55,694 nucleotides of DNA, taken from IMG/VR virus record IMGVR_UViG_3300044711_000046, positions 1-55,694 of that record; one strand, written 5' to 3'. The position numbers were made by a program, and so were the translations under genes. Below the pieces are notes generated by a model. That model was not told where the DNA came from. It worked only from the letters and a program-made list of their open reading frames with translations, and searched no databases. Positions within the stretch are counted from its first letter, which is position 1; each line of letters begins with the position of its first letter. This DNA is from a virus (Duplodnaviria > Caudoviricetes). Positions 1 through 8,949 of the stretch are shown here, in pieces.

Positions 1-148
1 CCGAGAACCCACACAACGGAAACACGTGGTGGACGTGTCGCAGTATTGGCGTGTTCGCCCCGACCATCGCGCCGGCCAGCGCTGACGATCTGGCAAAAAT
101 CGATTCGTTCCTCGCCGACTACCAGGGGGACGAGGTTCCGCAGCGAAC
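1..148. repeat. Terminal direct repeat, left copy (circular overlap)
   Basis: Identical to 55547-55694 except G127 vs A55673. Confidence 0.97.
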
Positions 149-227
149 GCAGCCGCAGCAGACGCAGGGCTACGGCACCTCGCAGTTCGACGCGCCACCG
201 GTCCACGAAGACGATTTGCCGTTCTGA
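1..227 (+). CDS. 3' part of SSB-like single-stranded DNA-binding protein (gene starts at 55255 and crosses the junction)
   Basis: Frame continues from 55255; Q/P-rich linker and acidic tail ending EDDLPF-stop, typical of SSBs; lies beside the Sak4-like ATPase. Confidence 0.75.
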   Translation, partial: ENPHNGNTWWTCRSIGVFAPTIAPASADDLAKIDSFLADYQGDEVPQRTQPQQTQGYGTSQFDAPPVHEDDLPF

Positions 228-235
228 GGTAGCCG

Positions 236-1435
236 ATGGCATTCAAACCAGCATACCGAGAGCAAGTCCGCCTTCGTCTCGCCCTGATGGGCCTTCCGGG
301 TTCGGGCAAGACTATGTCCGCGATGGCCGTCGCAGCATCGATCTCCTACGAGATCCGCAAGCGTGGCGGTGAAGGACGCATCGCCGTCATCGATACCGAG
401 CAGCAGTCGGCGAAGCTGTACGCGATGAGTCGTGCCGAGCGTCGCAGGTTCGACGCGATGTCCGTCGACGATGGTTACGAGTACATCAAGCAGCTTCGCA
501 AGTTCCCGATCGACGTGGACGACACCATGACAAGTTTCTCGCCGCTCGCGTACGTCGACAAGCTGCAGGAAGCAGCCAAGGAAGGCTACGACATCACGAT
601 CGCCGACTCCATCAGTCATGCCTGGGCAGGCACCGGTGGGGCTCTCGATCGCAAGGGCAAGGCCGAAGACCGCGGCGAGAACAGCTTCACGGCGTGGCGC
701 ACGGTGACCAAGGACCACAATGCGCTGGTCGATGCCATGCTCGCCATCCCAACGCATCTCATCGTCACGATGAGAATGAAGTCTGCACACGGGATGGAGA
801 CCGACGCCAAGGGCAAGGTCAAGATCGTCAGCCTTGGCGAGCAAGCTATCCAGCGCGATGGGATCCAGTACGAGTTCACGCTGGTCGCGGAGATCGACCA
901 GGACCACGTGGCGACGATCGTCAAGACGCGCCTCGATGGCGTGATCTCGAACGGCGAGAAGTTCGACAAGCCCGGCGACTCGTTCGGCCGTCGCGTCTAT
1001 TCCTGGGTCAACGATGGCGACGAGCCTGCACCGAAGGTAGAGGTTAAATCGGCACCGGCAGAGGTAAGGTCGACTCCGGCGGCATACCGCAGCGCGCGGT
1101 CTATCTACGACGACATCACCGCAGCCGCGTCGGTTGCCGAGCTTCAGGCGCTCGTTCCTGAGGTGACGCTGGCGGCAAAGTCTAACCCATCCGATGCCAA
1201 CGAGATCAAGGCGCGCTACAGCGCGCGCAAGGCGAAGCTGATCAAGGATGCAGATAAACTCTCGCAGCTGATGGCGTCGGAAACGGATGCGGCAATCGCT
1301 GCGGCAGACGCGAAGGAGGCTGCAGTCGACGATCACGGATATGGCGGCAAGAGCGAAGGGACTATTACCGGTCTGGTCGATCATCTTACGCCGCCACCGG
1401 ATGACAGACCGGAATACAACGAGGAAAGTCAATGA
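236..1435 (+). CDS. AAA ATPase, Sak4/AAA_24-like phage recombinase
   Basis: Walker A GLPGSGKT, IAVIDTE, Walker B-like IADSISH, QRDGIQYEF motif; between SSB and nuclease. Confidence 0.8.
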   Translation: MAFKPAYREQVRLRLALMGLPGSGKTMSAMAVAASISYEIRKRGGEGRIAVIDTEQQSAKLYAMSRAERRRFDAMSVDDGYEYIKQLRKFPIDVDDTMTSFSPLAYVDKLQEAAKEGYDITIADSISHAWAGTGGALDRKGKAEDRGENSFTAWRTVTKDHNALVDAMLAIPTHLIVTMRMKSAHGMETDAKGKVKIVSLGEQAIQRDGIQYEFTLVAEIDQDHVATIVKTRLDGVISNGEKFDKPGDSFGRRVYSWVNDGDEPAPKVEVKSAPAEVRSTPAAYRSARSIYDDITAAASVAELQALVPEVTLAAKSNPSDANEIKARYSARKAKLIKDADKLSQLMASETDAAIAAADAKEAAVDDHGYGGKSEGTITGLVDHLTPPPDDRPEYNEESQ

Positions 1436-1608
1436 CCTGGCAACAGATCGTCATTGCAATTTGCATGATCCTGTCTCTGTCCGTTGCGATGTTCAAATCG
1501 GGACGAGATCGTAGTATGTCAAGCGGTGTCGCGTGCTTGTCGATCATGATCTCGATCGCATATGGCATCGGATATTCGCTTGTGCTCCACGCTGGCGGGT
1601 TCTGGTGA
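1432..1608 (+). CDS. Small two-TM membrane protein (58 aa)
   Basis: Read manually: MTWQQIVIAICMILSLSVAMF...; ATGA overlap with the upstream stop. Confidence 0.6.
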   Translation: MTWQQIVIAICMILSLSVAMFKSGRDRSMSSGVACLSIMISIAYGIGYSLVLHAGGFW

Positions 1609-1703
1609 TGTTTGGCGACCGATGGTGGTGGTTCTGCTACACGTGGCGACGCATCGCCATCATGTACGATATCGGCTGGTTCAATGACGAGGACAAGAAT
1701 TAG

Positions 1704-2804
1704 ATGATCTCCGCATCCCGTCTCGAGCTCTGCATGCGATGCGAGGGCCACCTGACCTTGCCGCATGTCGACGAGCCCAACGAATGGAGCGACGCCGGAA
1801 ACAAGGCACATGCCGAGGACGAGGACGCCATCAACTCGGGTGACGTGCCCGAGGACTATACCGGCCGGTGGCCTGGCCTGACGTGGAGGTCGGAGGTCAG
1901 CTACGCGTATGACGTCGCGACCGATACGGCGCGGTTTCTCGGCGTCGGCATCAAGCGCGCCTACGGGGATCTGAGTCCGTTCGAGATCCCGGGAACGATC
2001 GACGCCGAAGGTCGCGGTCCGGGCATCCTTGTCGTCATCGATAAAAAGAGCTTCGAGGCGGTGACGCCGGCCAAGGAGAATCCTCAGGTTCGATTCCTGG
2101 CTCTGGCCGCTGCCCGCGCCGAACCGGCACAGCAGATCATCACGGCGATCAGTCACAAGCTCACCGGTCTCGACGTGTCGGAAATTGATTCCGACCTTGA
2201 CCTAGACGGCATCGCCTACGATGCGCGCAAGCTGCAGCTGGACGTTGCCGACGTGCTGGATCGTGCCAGGCGGGAGCTACCGGTGAAGTTCGAGACCGGC
2301 CGGTGGTGCCGATGGTGTCCGGCGTATCACGCATGTCCGAAACAGGCGGAACTCAAGGCATTGGCCACGCTGCCCGAGCATGAAATCGCGCTCAAGGCCT
2401 ACCTCGACGAGGAGTCGGCACCGGAGGTCTACGCGCTCTACCTCAAGATCAAGATCTTGAAGGCGCGCATCGGCCAGCAGTTGCAGAATTATGTTCTGAG
2501 CCGCCCAATTCCGCTTGGCAACGGGAAGATGTACGGGGCGCGCAATAAGGTCGGAAACACGAAACTGGACGGCGAGATCGTGCATGCCGCAATTAGCGAC
2601 CTGTACAGCACTGAATTAGCCGACAAAGCCGTGATTAGGACAGCCACAAAGAAAGCCATCGGCGAAGCTCTCAAGGGCAAGCGTGGCGCTGTCCCTGAAG
2701 TGCTGAGGGAAATAGAGAAACGTGGCGGGGTGACCCGCGGTACCAAGATAGTTTTCGAGGAATATCAGGTAGGTCCGGCGCTTCTGACCGATGGCGACGA
2801 ATAG
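1704..2804 (+). CDS. PD-(D/E)XK exonuclease, Cas4/RecB-like with Cys cluster
   Basis: GTIDA...VIDKKS nuclease motif; WCRWCPAYHACP plus N-terminal CMRC. Confidence 0.75.
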   Translation: MISASRLELCMRCEGHLTLPHVDEPNEWSDAGNKAHAEDEDAINSGDVPEDYTGRWPGLTWRSEVSYAYDVATDTARFLGVGIKRAYGDLSPFEIPGTIDAEGRGPGILVVIDKKSFEAVTPAKENPQVRFLALAAARAEPAQQIITAISHKLTGLDVSEIDSDLDLDGIAYDARKLQLDVADVLDRARRELPVKFETGRWCRWCPAYHACPKQAELKALATLPEHEIALKAYLDEESAPEVYALYLKIKILKARIGQQLQNYVLSRPIPLGNGKMYGARNKVGNTKLDGEIVHAAISDLYSTELADKAVIRTATKKAIGEALKGKRGAVPEVLREIEKRGGVTRGTKIVFEEYQVGPALLTDGDE

Positions 2805-2807
2805 CGA

Positions 2808-2836
2808 TTGACAAGGATGTCCATCGCGGTTAGGTT
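2808..2836 (+). promoter_or_regulatory. Sigma70-type promoter with palindromic operator
   Basis: TTGACA-17 bp-TAGGTT; operator TTGACA AGGA TGTCCA; ATG at 2843. Confidence 0.75.
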
Positions 2837-2842
2837 GTGTGT

Positions 2843-3007
2843 ATGAGCAACACGGAATTCATCGCAAGACTGATCGCAAACCGAGATGCCATCCGCGCGC
2901 GTCATAACGCGCTCGTGGCAGCAGGTAACCTTTTCGCGGCCCAGGACATGGCGCCAGAGTTGTCGTTCGCAACTCGCGCTGCCCACGATGCGCTGATGGG
3001 TCGCTAG
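2843..3007 (+). CDS. Hypothetical protein (54 aa)
   Basis: Read manually: MSNTEFIARLIANRD...; directly behind the promoter. Confidence 0.55.
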   Translation: MSNTEFIARLIANRDAIRARHNALVAAGNLFAAQDMAPELSFATRAAHDALMGR

Positions 3008-3009
3008 CC

Positions 3010-3228
3010 ATGGTCAGGGAAATTATTGAATTACTACGATCCTTCGCGCTCGACCGAAACGAGATCGCTTTCGGCCACCTCTGTACATCAGCATTGGCGG
3101 GTGAAGGATGGGCAATAGACAGAATCACACCGCTGATTGCAGAAGTAGAGTCAGGGATATGCTCGATGATCCGCGCCACCGACGCCTCGCGCCCGGATGG
3201 CGGCATCGCAAAGAGCTTCACGCCGTGA
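3010..3228 (+). CDS. Hypothetical protein, similar to 54378-54608
   Basis: Shares N[ED][IV]AxxxxCxSALxG with 54378-54608. Confidence 0.55.
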   Translation: MVREIIELLRSFALDRNEIAFGHLCTSALAGEGWAIDRITPLIAEVESGICSMIRATDASRPDGGIAKSFTP

Positions 3229-3479
3229 ACCTCGAAACCTATCGTAACCGAATCCTCGCCGACCTTACTGAGGAGGGTCCGCTATACGGCAGAGAGCTTG
3301 CGCCGAGACTTGCTCCGACGTACGTGCTGCAGGCCATGCAACGAGACGGACTCATCGAGCCATTCGAAACCGAGATGTTCGGTATGCTGTACAAAATCAG
3401 CAAAGCCGGACGCGCGATGTACCTTTCACAGTCACAGCCAGGCCGACTCGCTCGGCTCTGGAATAGGATTTTCAAATGA
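3225..3479 (+). CDS. Small winged-helix-like protein
   Basis: GTG start overlapping previous stop; ILADLTEEGPLYGRELA...YKISKAGR pattern. Confidence 0.5.
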   Translation: MNLETYRNRILADLTEEGPLYGRELAPRLAPTYVLQAMQRDGLIEPFETEMFGMLYKISKAGRAMYLSQSQPGRLARLWNRIFK

Positions 3480-4291
3480 GCAAGCACGGCAAGAGCGCTG
3501 GTCGAGCAGACCTGCCCAAGTATGATCCAAACGACGTCGTCATCATCGGACTCGACACCGATGATGGACCGCAGCACTATCTCTGCGACGAAGAGAGCAA
3601 TAAGGCGCCGCTCAATGAGTCCAGCGTGCTGTTCACGATGGTTCACGGCGTGCTTCAGCCACCGGTAGGCGAACGCGATGGCGAGAAAGTAGTCATCGTC
3701 GCCGGTCGTGGTCGTACGCGGCTCCTCCGCGAAGCCAATGCCCGCCTGGTCAAGGAGGGAAATCAGCCCTGGTCGATGCCGGTGATCATTAAGCGCGGAG
3801 ATGAGGCAACGATGATATCAATCCGGGCCGGCGAGAACCTTCACCGGCGAACCATCTCGCCGATGTGGCGAGCTCGACAGGCTCAGGATCTGCTCGACAA
3901 AGGGAAGTCCAAGCCGGAGGTAGCGGCCACCATTGGTGTCGACACCGGACAGCTGGACAACGTCCTGAAGCTGCTCTCGCTCGCGCCATCGGTCGGCAAG
4001 GCAGTTGTCAAAGGAGATCTGTCTGCTACTGCTGCGGTCCAGCTGGCTGACATGCCGCGCGACGAGCAAGAGACTCAGCTGAAAGAGTTGCTCGCCAACG
4101 GAAAGCCGACGGTCAAGGACACCATCAACAAGGTCCGCAAGGCCAAGGGTCAGGATGCCGTCGAGACGCCCAAGGATCGCATCAACAAGGCGATCGCGGT
4201 GCTCGACAAGCTGGAGGACGACGCGACGAAGGATGACCTATGGTCGGCTGTTAAACGGATCCGTAAGGCTTTAGACGCAAAGCGCGCGTAG
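3476..4291 (+). CDS. ParB-like protein (ParB N-domain plus HTH)
   Basis: HGVLQPP...IVAGRGRTR, ENLHRR, HTH KSKPEVAATIG; no parA seen. Confidence 0.8.
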   Translation: MSKHGKSAGRADLPKYDPNDVVIIGLDTDDGPQHYLCDEESNKAPLNESSVLFTMVHGVLQPPVGERDGEKVVIVAGRGRTRLLREANARLVKEGNQPWSMPVIIKRGDEATMISIRAGENLHRRTISPMWRARQAQDLLDKGKSKPEVAATIGVDTGQLDNVLKLLSLAPSVGKAVVKGDLSATAAVQLADMPRDEQETQLKELLANGKPTVKDTINKVRKAKGQDAVETPKDRINKAIAVLDKLEDDATKDDLWSAVKRIRKALDAKRA

Positions 4292-4984
4292 CGCGTCGAG
4301 TCCACCGGGCAGCGTGAGGGCCGAGATGTCGACAATGCCGCATCCTGGCGCAGTCATCGGATAGCCGACCGGACCTGTGGTCTGAGGTTCGGTCCCGCGG
4401 TACTGCCACAGCATCAGATGTTCGAGGTCCGTTCCGGTGCGCGCCAGAAACTGTGCCGTCGATTCACCGGTGCCATGTAACTCTGCCCCGTACAGAGCGA
4501 CGGCGCTCAGTCCGCATCCGAGGCGCGTCTTGATGCCAGCGCTGCGCAGGAGTTCACCGCCGTAGAGCGTTGCTTGTCGTCCGGTGAGCTGCTGGTACTT
4601 GGCAGCGAACCCGATCACGCGGTCCACGATCAGCTGTGAGCTTGGATCCTTGATGCGCTGACCACCACGCTCGACATCGACCATCATCGGCATCGTTCCG
4701 CCGCTCGGAGCACCGCACGCCCTGACGGCGTACTCGGCCTGCTTGGTGCCATCGATGCCGAGGTCCAGGTAGTGGTAGGCGCCTTCGAACATATCATGTC
4801 CGATTCGATCGCCTGCTGCTCGCAGAAACGCCCCACGCTCACCGCCATACTCGAGTGGCCGGTAGTAGGTGCCCTGGCTGCACTTGAAGATGGCGAAGTG
4901 CCATGGCGCGCCAGCCGCGCAGAACTTTATCCAGTCCTTGGGGCCATCCCCGGCATAAACGTCAACTCCGGTCGGGCTGATCAC
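4271..4984 (-). CDS. Endolysin, GH25 muramidase
   Basis: GVDVY, AIFKCSQG, GAYHY, VDVE, LWQY and VDIS motifs; last gene of the late module. Confidence 0.85.
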   Translation of the reverse strand: MISPTGVDVYAGDGPKDWIKFCAAGAPWHFAIFKCSQGTYYRPLEYGGERGAFLRAAGDRIGHDMFEGAYHYLDLGIDGTKQAEYAVRACGAPSGGTMPMMVDVERGGQRIKDPSSQLIVDRVIGFAAKYQQLTGRQATLYGGELLRSAGIKTRLGCGLSAVALYGAELHGTGESTAQFLARTGTDLEHLMLWQYRGTEPQTTGPVGYPMTAPGCGIVDISALTLPGGLDALRALCV

Positions 4985-5736
4985 TTCAGGCTTCCATCGG
5001 ATAGCTTGAACTGCACGCCACCGGCGTGCGCGCGCATCCGATCGAGCGCCGACACTTCAGCCGAGCGGGCCGCAAGCGTCGGAACCGGATCGGTAGACGG
5101 TGCGGTCGGATGCAGCCTGCTCCACACCTCGACGAAGGCGCACTCTCCGATCGCCGTGCCCTCATGCTCTGCCTGCGTCTCGAGACCGTCCCAATCGATT
5201 TTCGCTCCACCGGTGAGGCTCACCAGGATCTGCTTGGTGAAATCCAGGGCCAGGGTCAACAGTGGTCCGCCATCCTGCTTGGTGCAGTCGACAACAGCGC
5301 TAGCCGTTGCGGCAGGGACCGTCTTGACCGTAGCGCAGCCAGACAGCGCCATTGAGAATAGCAACAGGCCAAGCATCAGCGTGCCTGGCTTGGCGATGCC
5401 TCCGAGCAGCTCCTCGATCTTCACGAGCCGCGCATGAACCGAATCGAGTGCGTTGGCCGCGTTGTCGTCTACCTTGGTGACGGTGTGGGTCGAGATGGCC
5501 CGCAGGATCGCGGCGAGTCCGCGCACCGCCATGTCGGCGCCTACGACGGCAGCGATCAGCACGGTCAGCACGGTCATCCACGTTGGGACCGGCGTCTCGA
5601 TCGGCGGCACCGGTACGGTGACAGGATCGAGCGTGGCCCCATGTGCGATGGACGTAAGCCATGCGGTCAGGATCATGGAAAACAGGAGCGCACCTAGCGC
5701 GATACCGGAGATCTGGGCAAATCGAGTTCGAATCAT
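4981..5736 (-). CDS. Lysis-cassette membrane protein with internal lipobox (holin/spanin-like)
   Basis: Two N-terminal hydrophobic helices, THTVTKVDD, then LLLFSMALSGC; adjacent to endolysin. Confidence 0.5.
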   Translation of the reverse strand: MIRTRFAQISGIALGALLFSMILTAWLTSIAHGATLDPVTVPVPPIETPVPTWMTVLTVLIAAVVGADMAVRGLAAILRAISTHTVTKVDDNAANALDSVHARLVKIEELLGGIAKPGTLMLGLLLFSMALSGCATVKTVPAATASAVVDCTKQDGGPLLTLALDFTKQILVSLTGGAKIDWDGLETQAEHEGTAIGECAFVEVWSRLHPTAPSTDPVPTLAARSAEVSALDRMRAHAGGVQFKLSDGSLK

Positions 5737-6272
5737 CACGGGGACCTTTTCTGATTGAGAAGAAGCTGCTGCACGTCTTGCTGTAGACGCTGCTGTATAG
5801 CCTTGTTTTCGCCATCGTCTTTCGCATGGCTCACCATGAGGCCTACTCCGGTGACGATGGCACCGAGTGCAGGGATCAGGAGCACCATCGCGATTGCTCG
5901 CAGCCACGACCATGGCTTTTCAAGCTTCTCTACCTTGGCCTGCAGGATGCGCGTTGCCGCTGCCTGGCTATTGATCGCGTTGGCGACCTGCTGGCCAAGC
6001 TCTCCGACGCCAGATTTCTCCTTGCGAGCTCGCACGCGGTCGCGCCTCTGGACCTTCGCGACCTTCAGGATCATCTCATACGGATCCTGCGAATCGCGGC
6101 GGAGCCGCTCGACTACCTGTACGTCTTCTGGTTCGAGATCCGTCTCGAGCAGTAACTCAACCGGTGACGTGATCTCGCCCGTATCCTCATCGTCGTCGTC
6201 TTCGACTATGGTCGCCTTGATGCCGTACGGAAGCTGCCGTCTGCGCTCTGATGGTGGCCCTTGTCGACTCAT
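5736..6272 (-). CDS. Single-TM coiled-coil protein of the lysis region
   Basis: One TM (WLRAIAMVLLIPALGAIVTGVGLMV) between helical segments. Confidence 0.55.
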   Translation of the reverse strand: MSRQGPPSERRRQLPYGIKATIVEDDDDEDTGEITSPVELLLETDLEPEDVQVVERLRRDSQDPYEMILKVAKVQRRDRVRARKEKSGVGELGQQVANAINSQAAATRILQAKVEKLEKPWSWLRAIAMVLLIPALGAIVTGVGLMVSHAKDDGENKAIQQRLQQDVQQLLLNQKRSP

Positions 6273-7432
6273 GGGTACGGTAGGCTCACGTTTCCGCTCT
6301 CCGTGGTGTTGAGTGCTGGCATGCTTACCGCTGGCGATGTCGCTACTGAAGCAACGGACACCAATGTAACCGATGGGCTGTTCAGATGGAGCGTACTGTT
6401 GCTTAGCGTCAGCGTATTGACACCCTGTGCACTCACCACCGGCGAACCGGTTTCCTGATAGAGGTCGCTGGCCGTGATCGTGATGTTAGACAGATCGGCC
6501 TGGTAGTTGGCCCTGACCGGTCCGATTGCGATGACCGGTACAGATGCGACAGTTGATTGGATGAGATGCGCATCGCTCACCGTGATGTCGTGTGCCACCG
6601 TGCTTATCGATAGCGCGCTCACCCAGTCGGCATTGGAGTTCGTCGCCACGAGGTCGCCCACGCTGCTGTGCTGCAATGTAACTCGCTCGCAGTTGTACAG
6701 TAGGATCGTACGTCCATGCAGCGAGACATGATCGATGATGGTGTCTGTCATGTTCTGAATGCTCAACGCCGGAACATGGTTCCCCGGCGTAGCGGGGGCA
6801 TCGAATGTCAGGTGATCGAACGTCATCCCGCTGATGTTTCCGCCACCTTCGCTCCCGATCCCGCAGTCACCGGAGAATGTGCTGTTGGAGACTCCGTTAT
6901 CATGCACGCCGCGGGTTATCTGCACGGCGAATCGAGCGCACGATGCAAACTCCACGTGGTCGATGATGGGGCCCTCGATCGGAGAGGCGATCACCGGGGC
7001 GAGCACGTTGATGCTGTCGCCGGCCGTGGTCGCCCGTTTCGGATGACTCAGCTTGACGTCGCGAATCGAATGACCGCTCGTCATGATACGGATCAGATGG
7101 GTCTGCTCGTGCGTATTGTAGAGGCACGAGCCGTCCAGCTGCGCGTTGTGGATGTCCGCATCGGCAACGCCGACGTACGCCTGCATCGCAGTGTCGCCAC
7201 GGAATCTCACCAGCACATCGTCGCGCACGCCGCACAACGTGCCACCGGTGAGCATGGCGACGCGGCGTCGGCCGCCGACTAGTGGAGGAGGGTCGATATT
7301 GTACGTTCCCGGCGGCAGGCACATCCCAGCCGTCATCGCGGCCTGAACGATCGCGGAATGGTCTGGTCCATCGACACACGGATCAGCAGTCGCCGATCCA
7401 CACAACGCCAACATCACCAGGATTGGTTTCAT
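6269..7432 (-). CDS. Right-handed beta-helix (pectin-lyase-like) protein with signal peptide
   Basis: MKPILVMLALCGSATA leader, LPPGTYNI, GDSINV and repeated IDHV-type rungs. Confidence 0.65.
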   Translation of the reverse strand: MKPILVMLALCGSATADPCVDGPDHSAIVQAAMTAGMCLPPGTYNIDPPPLVGGRRRVAMLTGGTLCGVRDDVLVRFRGDTAMQAYVGVADADIHNAQLDGSCLYNTHEQTHLIRIMTSGHSIRDVKLSHPKRATTAGDSINVLAPVIASPIEGPIIDHVEFASCARFAVQITRGVHDNGVSNSTFSGDCGIGSEGGGNISGMTFDHLTFDAPATPGNHVPALSIQNMTDTIIDHVSLHGRTILLYNCERVTLQHSSVGDLVATNSNADWVSALSISTVAHDITVSDAHLIQSTVASVPVIAIGPVRANYQADLSNITITASDLYQETGSPVVSAQGVNTLTLSNSTLHLNSPSVTLVSVASVATSPAVSMPALNTTESGNVSLPYP

Positions 7433-7445
7433 TCCGCTCACTTTA

Positions 7446-8276
7446 TCACGTCCACCCGATGGTCCAACCCAATGTTTGCAGCAAGGTCTTGACTTGAGCG
7501 TCGGAAAGCTCTGCTGCAGTACCCGAGAACTCGGCAGCATAGAGAAACGCCGTGTCCGCCGCAACCGCTGGTGCAGTTCCGGCGAAGCCAATAAATGCAC
7601 CAGCCGCCGGAACCCCAAACGTCCCTGAGAATTTCTCCTGGTCGGTGAACACCTTGCTGGCCAGCGCGGTGAGTTGCGTCAAGAACATGATCGGCCGAGT
7701 CGCGCCGAGAATCGAGTTGACCAGATCCGACGTTCCGCCATCCACGAGCTGCAGTTTTCCGGTCGTATTGAGCGCAACTCGTGGTGTAGTGGCTGTCTTG
7801 GTGATGATTCCTCTGGCCGCAGCGGGCGCAGATGACGGAAACTGGACGACTGCAAATACGAGCGTGCTGGTTAGGGCGGGGTTCGGCGCAGCCGAGTTAT
7901 TGAACATTCTCTGCGACGCAGTCCCGTCGACGAATCGAATCCCGAACCGCGAGTACCCTGGCACCGGTGATTGATACGTCGGCGCTGCATTGACGCCGAG
8001 GACTACGCTTCCGCCCATGAAGTCGGTGGGATTTCCAGAGGCGTCCTGCAGCGTCCATGCAACGGTTGGGTTACCCGTGGCAAGTCCCGCCGCAGCCATC
8101 AACAGGGTCCACTCTGCTGCCGTAGCCGGAAAGTACTTTCCGCTTGCGGAGTCGCGCGTGACGCCAGGTATCACGGTTCCGCTAGACGGCGGAACGATGG
8201 CATCCGATAGGACTCCGACTGCAACGCCGCATCGAACGCCGGGAACCACGCCTGCACGTACGCCAATCGACATCAA
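7446..8276 (-). CDS. Putative virion protein (LamG/lectin-like)
   Basis: AWTLQDASG N-terminal and LSDAQVKTL C-terminal patterns; within the late module. Confidence 0.5.
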   Translation of the reverse strand: MMSIGVRAGVVPGVRCGVAVGVLSDAIVPPSSGTVIPGVTRDSASGKYFPATAAEWTLLMAAAGLATGNPTVAWTLQDASGNPTDFMGGSVVLGVNAAPTYQSPVPGYSRFGIRFVDGTASQRMFNNSAAPNPALTSTLVFAVVQFPSSAPAAARGIITKTATTPRVALNTTGKLQLVDGGTSDLVNSILGATRPIMFLTQLTALASKVFTDQEKFSGTFGVPAAGAFIGFAGTAPAVAADTAFLYAAEFSGTAAELSDAQVKTLLQTLGWTIGWT

Positions 8277-8527
8277 CTCACCGTGATCGTGAAATTGCCA
8301 GGCTGAGCGATATTATTGTTGACACATGTCCAACCAGCCGGAGCCATCGTCGACGTGATAAACGCATCCGCCTGCGCACTGGTCGCCGGCGCGTAGGCGA
8401 ACACAATCGAAACCTGACCAGCCGCCGCCGCAAGTCTGATCGCGTCCTCGATACGCTGCGGAATCGCCGCGAGTGTAGATGCAATCGCCGCGGACTGAAT
8501 GACGCCTGCTTGAGCCTTGGCGATCAT
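8273..8527 (-). CDS. Small late-region protein, similar to 45399-45662
   Basis: Coupled ORF; RIEDAIRLAAAAGQ...AGW. Confidence 0.6.
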   Translation of the reverse strand: MIAKAQAGVIQSAAIASTLAAIPQRIEDAIRLAAAAGQVSIVFAYAPATSAQADAFITSTMAPAGWTCVNNNIAQPGNFTITVS

Positions 8528-8529
8528 GC

Positions 8530-8949
8530 TCAGAACTTACCATTGGCTCGGATGCGAAGCGCGCCGGCTTGCGTGCACACAACCTGCACTAACAGCACAC
8601 GGTGTGAGAGGTTTCCGATATCCGGCGTCGCTCCGCCTGCGGTACCTCCCGGCACAGTGATCACCAGAGGCGTAGCCGTCGTCGCAGCACCGGTAGGAGA
8701 AACCGGGGTGTATCCGGTGGGTGGGTTTTGCTGAACCCAATTGCCATTGGCGCCACTTGGGACACCGTCCTGAAGGCCAACCTCCGGGAAATCACCAGAC
8801 CAGAATGTGACCACGCCGATGAAGGCAGCGTCCCATTTGATGTGGCACCCCTGTACCAGGGATGCATCGCCTCCAATGCCATAGCGGACGCCGGCTGACA
8901 CCGGGTGAAGACCATTGAATGCGTCGGTGGTTGCCTGTACTGCGGTCAT
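8530..8949 (-). CDS. Hypothetical virion protein
   Basis: Beta-rich 139-aa ORF coupled to the large ejection gene. Confidence 0.6.
   Translation of the reverse strand: MTAVQATTDAFNGLHPVSAGVRYGIGGDASLVQGCHIKWDAAFIGVVTFWSGDFPEVGLQDGVPSGANGNWVQQNPPTGYTPVSPTGAATTATPLVITVPGGTAGGATPDIGNLSHRVLLVQVVCTQAGALRIRANGKF

Noticed and set aside
170-1432. Long antisense ORF (and similar ones at 9873-10949 and 17656-18432)
   Set aside because: Mirror frames of high-GC genes; no motifs or coupling.
1704-2804. Cas4-like nuclease as a sign of CRISPR
   Set aside because: No repeat-spacer array or other cas genes; the context is phage recombination.
3476-4291. ParB as proof of a plasmid prophage
   Set aside because: No ParA or parS array identified; ParB-like domains are common in phages for other roles.
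8319-8332. TTGACA...GTCCA resembling the operator
   Set aside because: Spacing is two bases short and it lies antisense inside a gene with no adjacent start.
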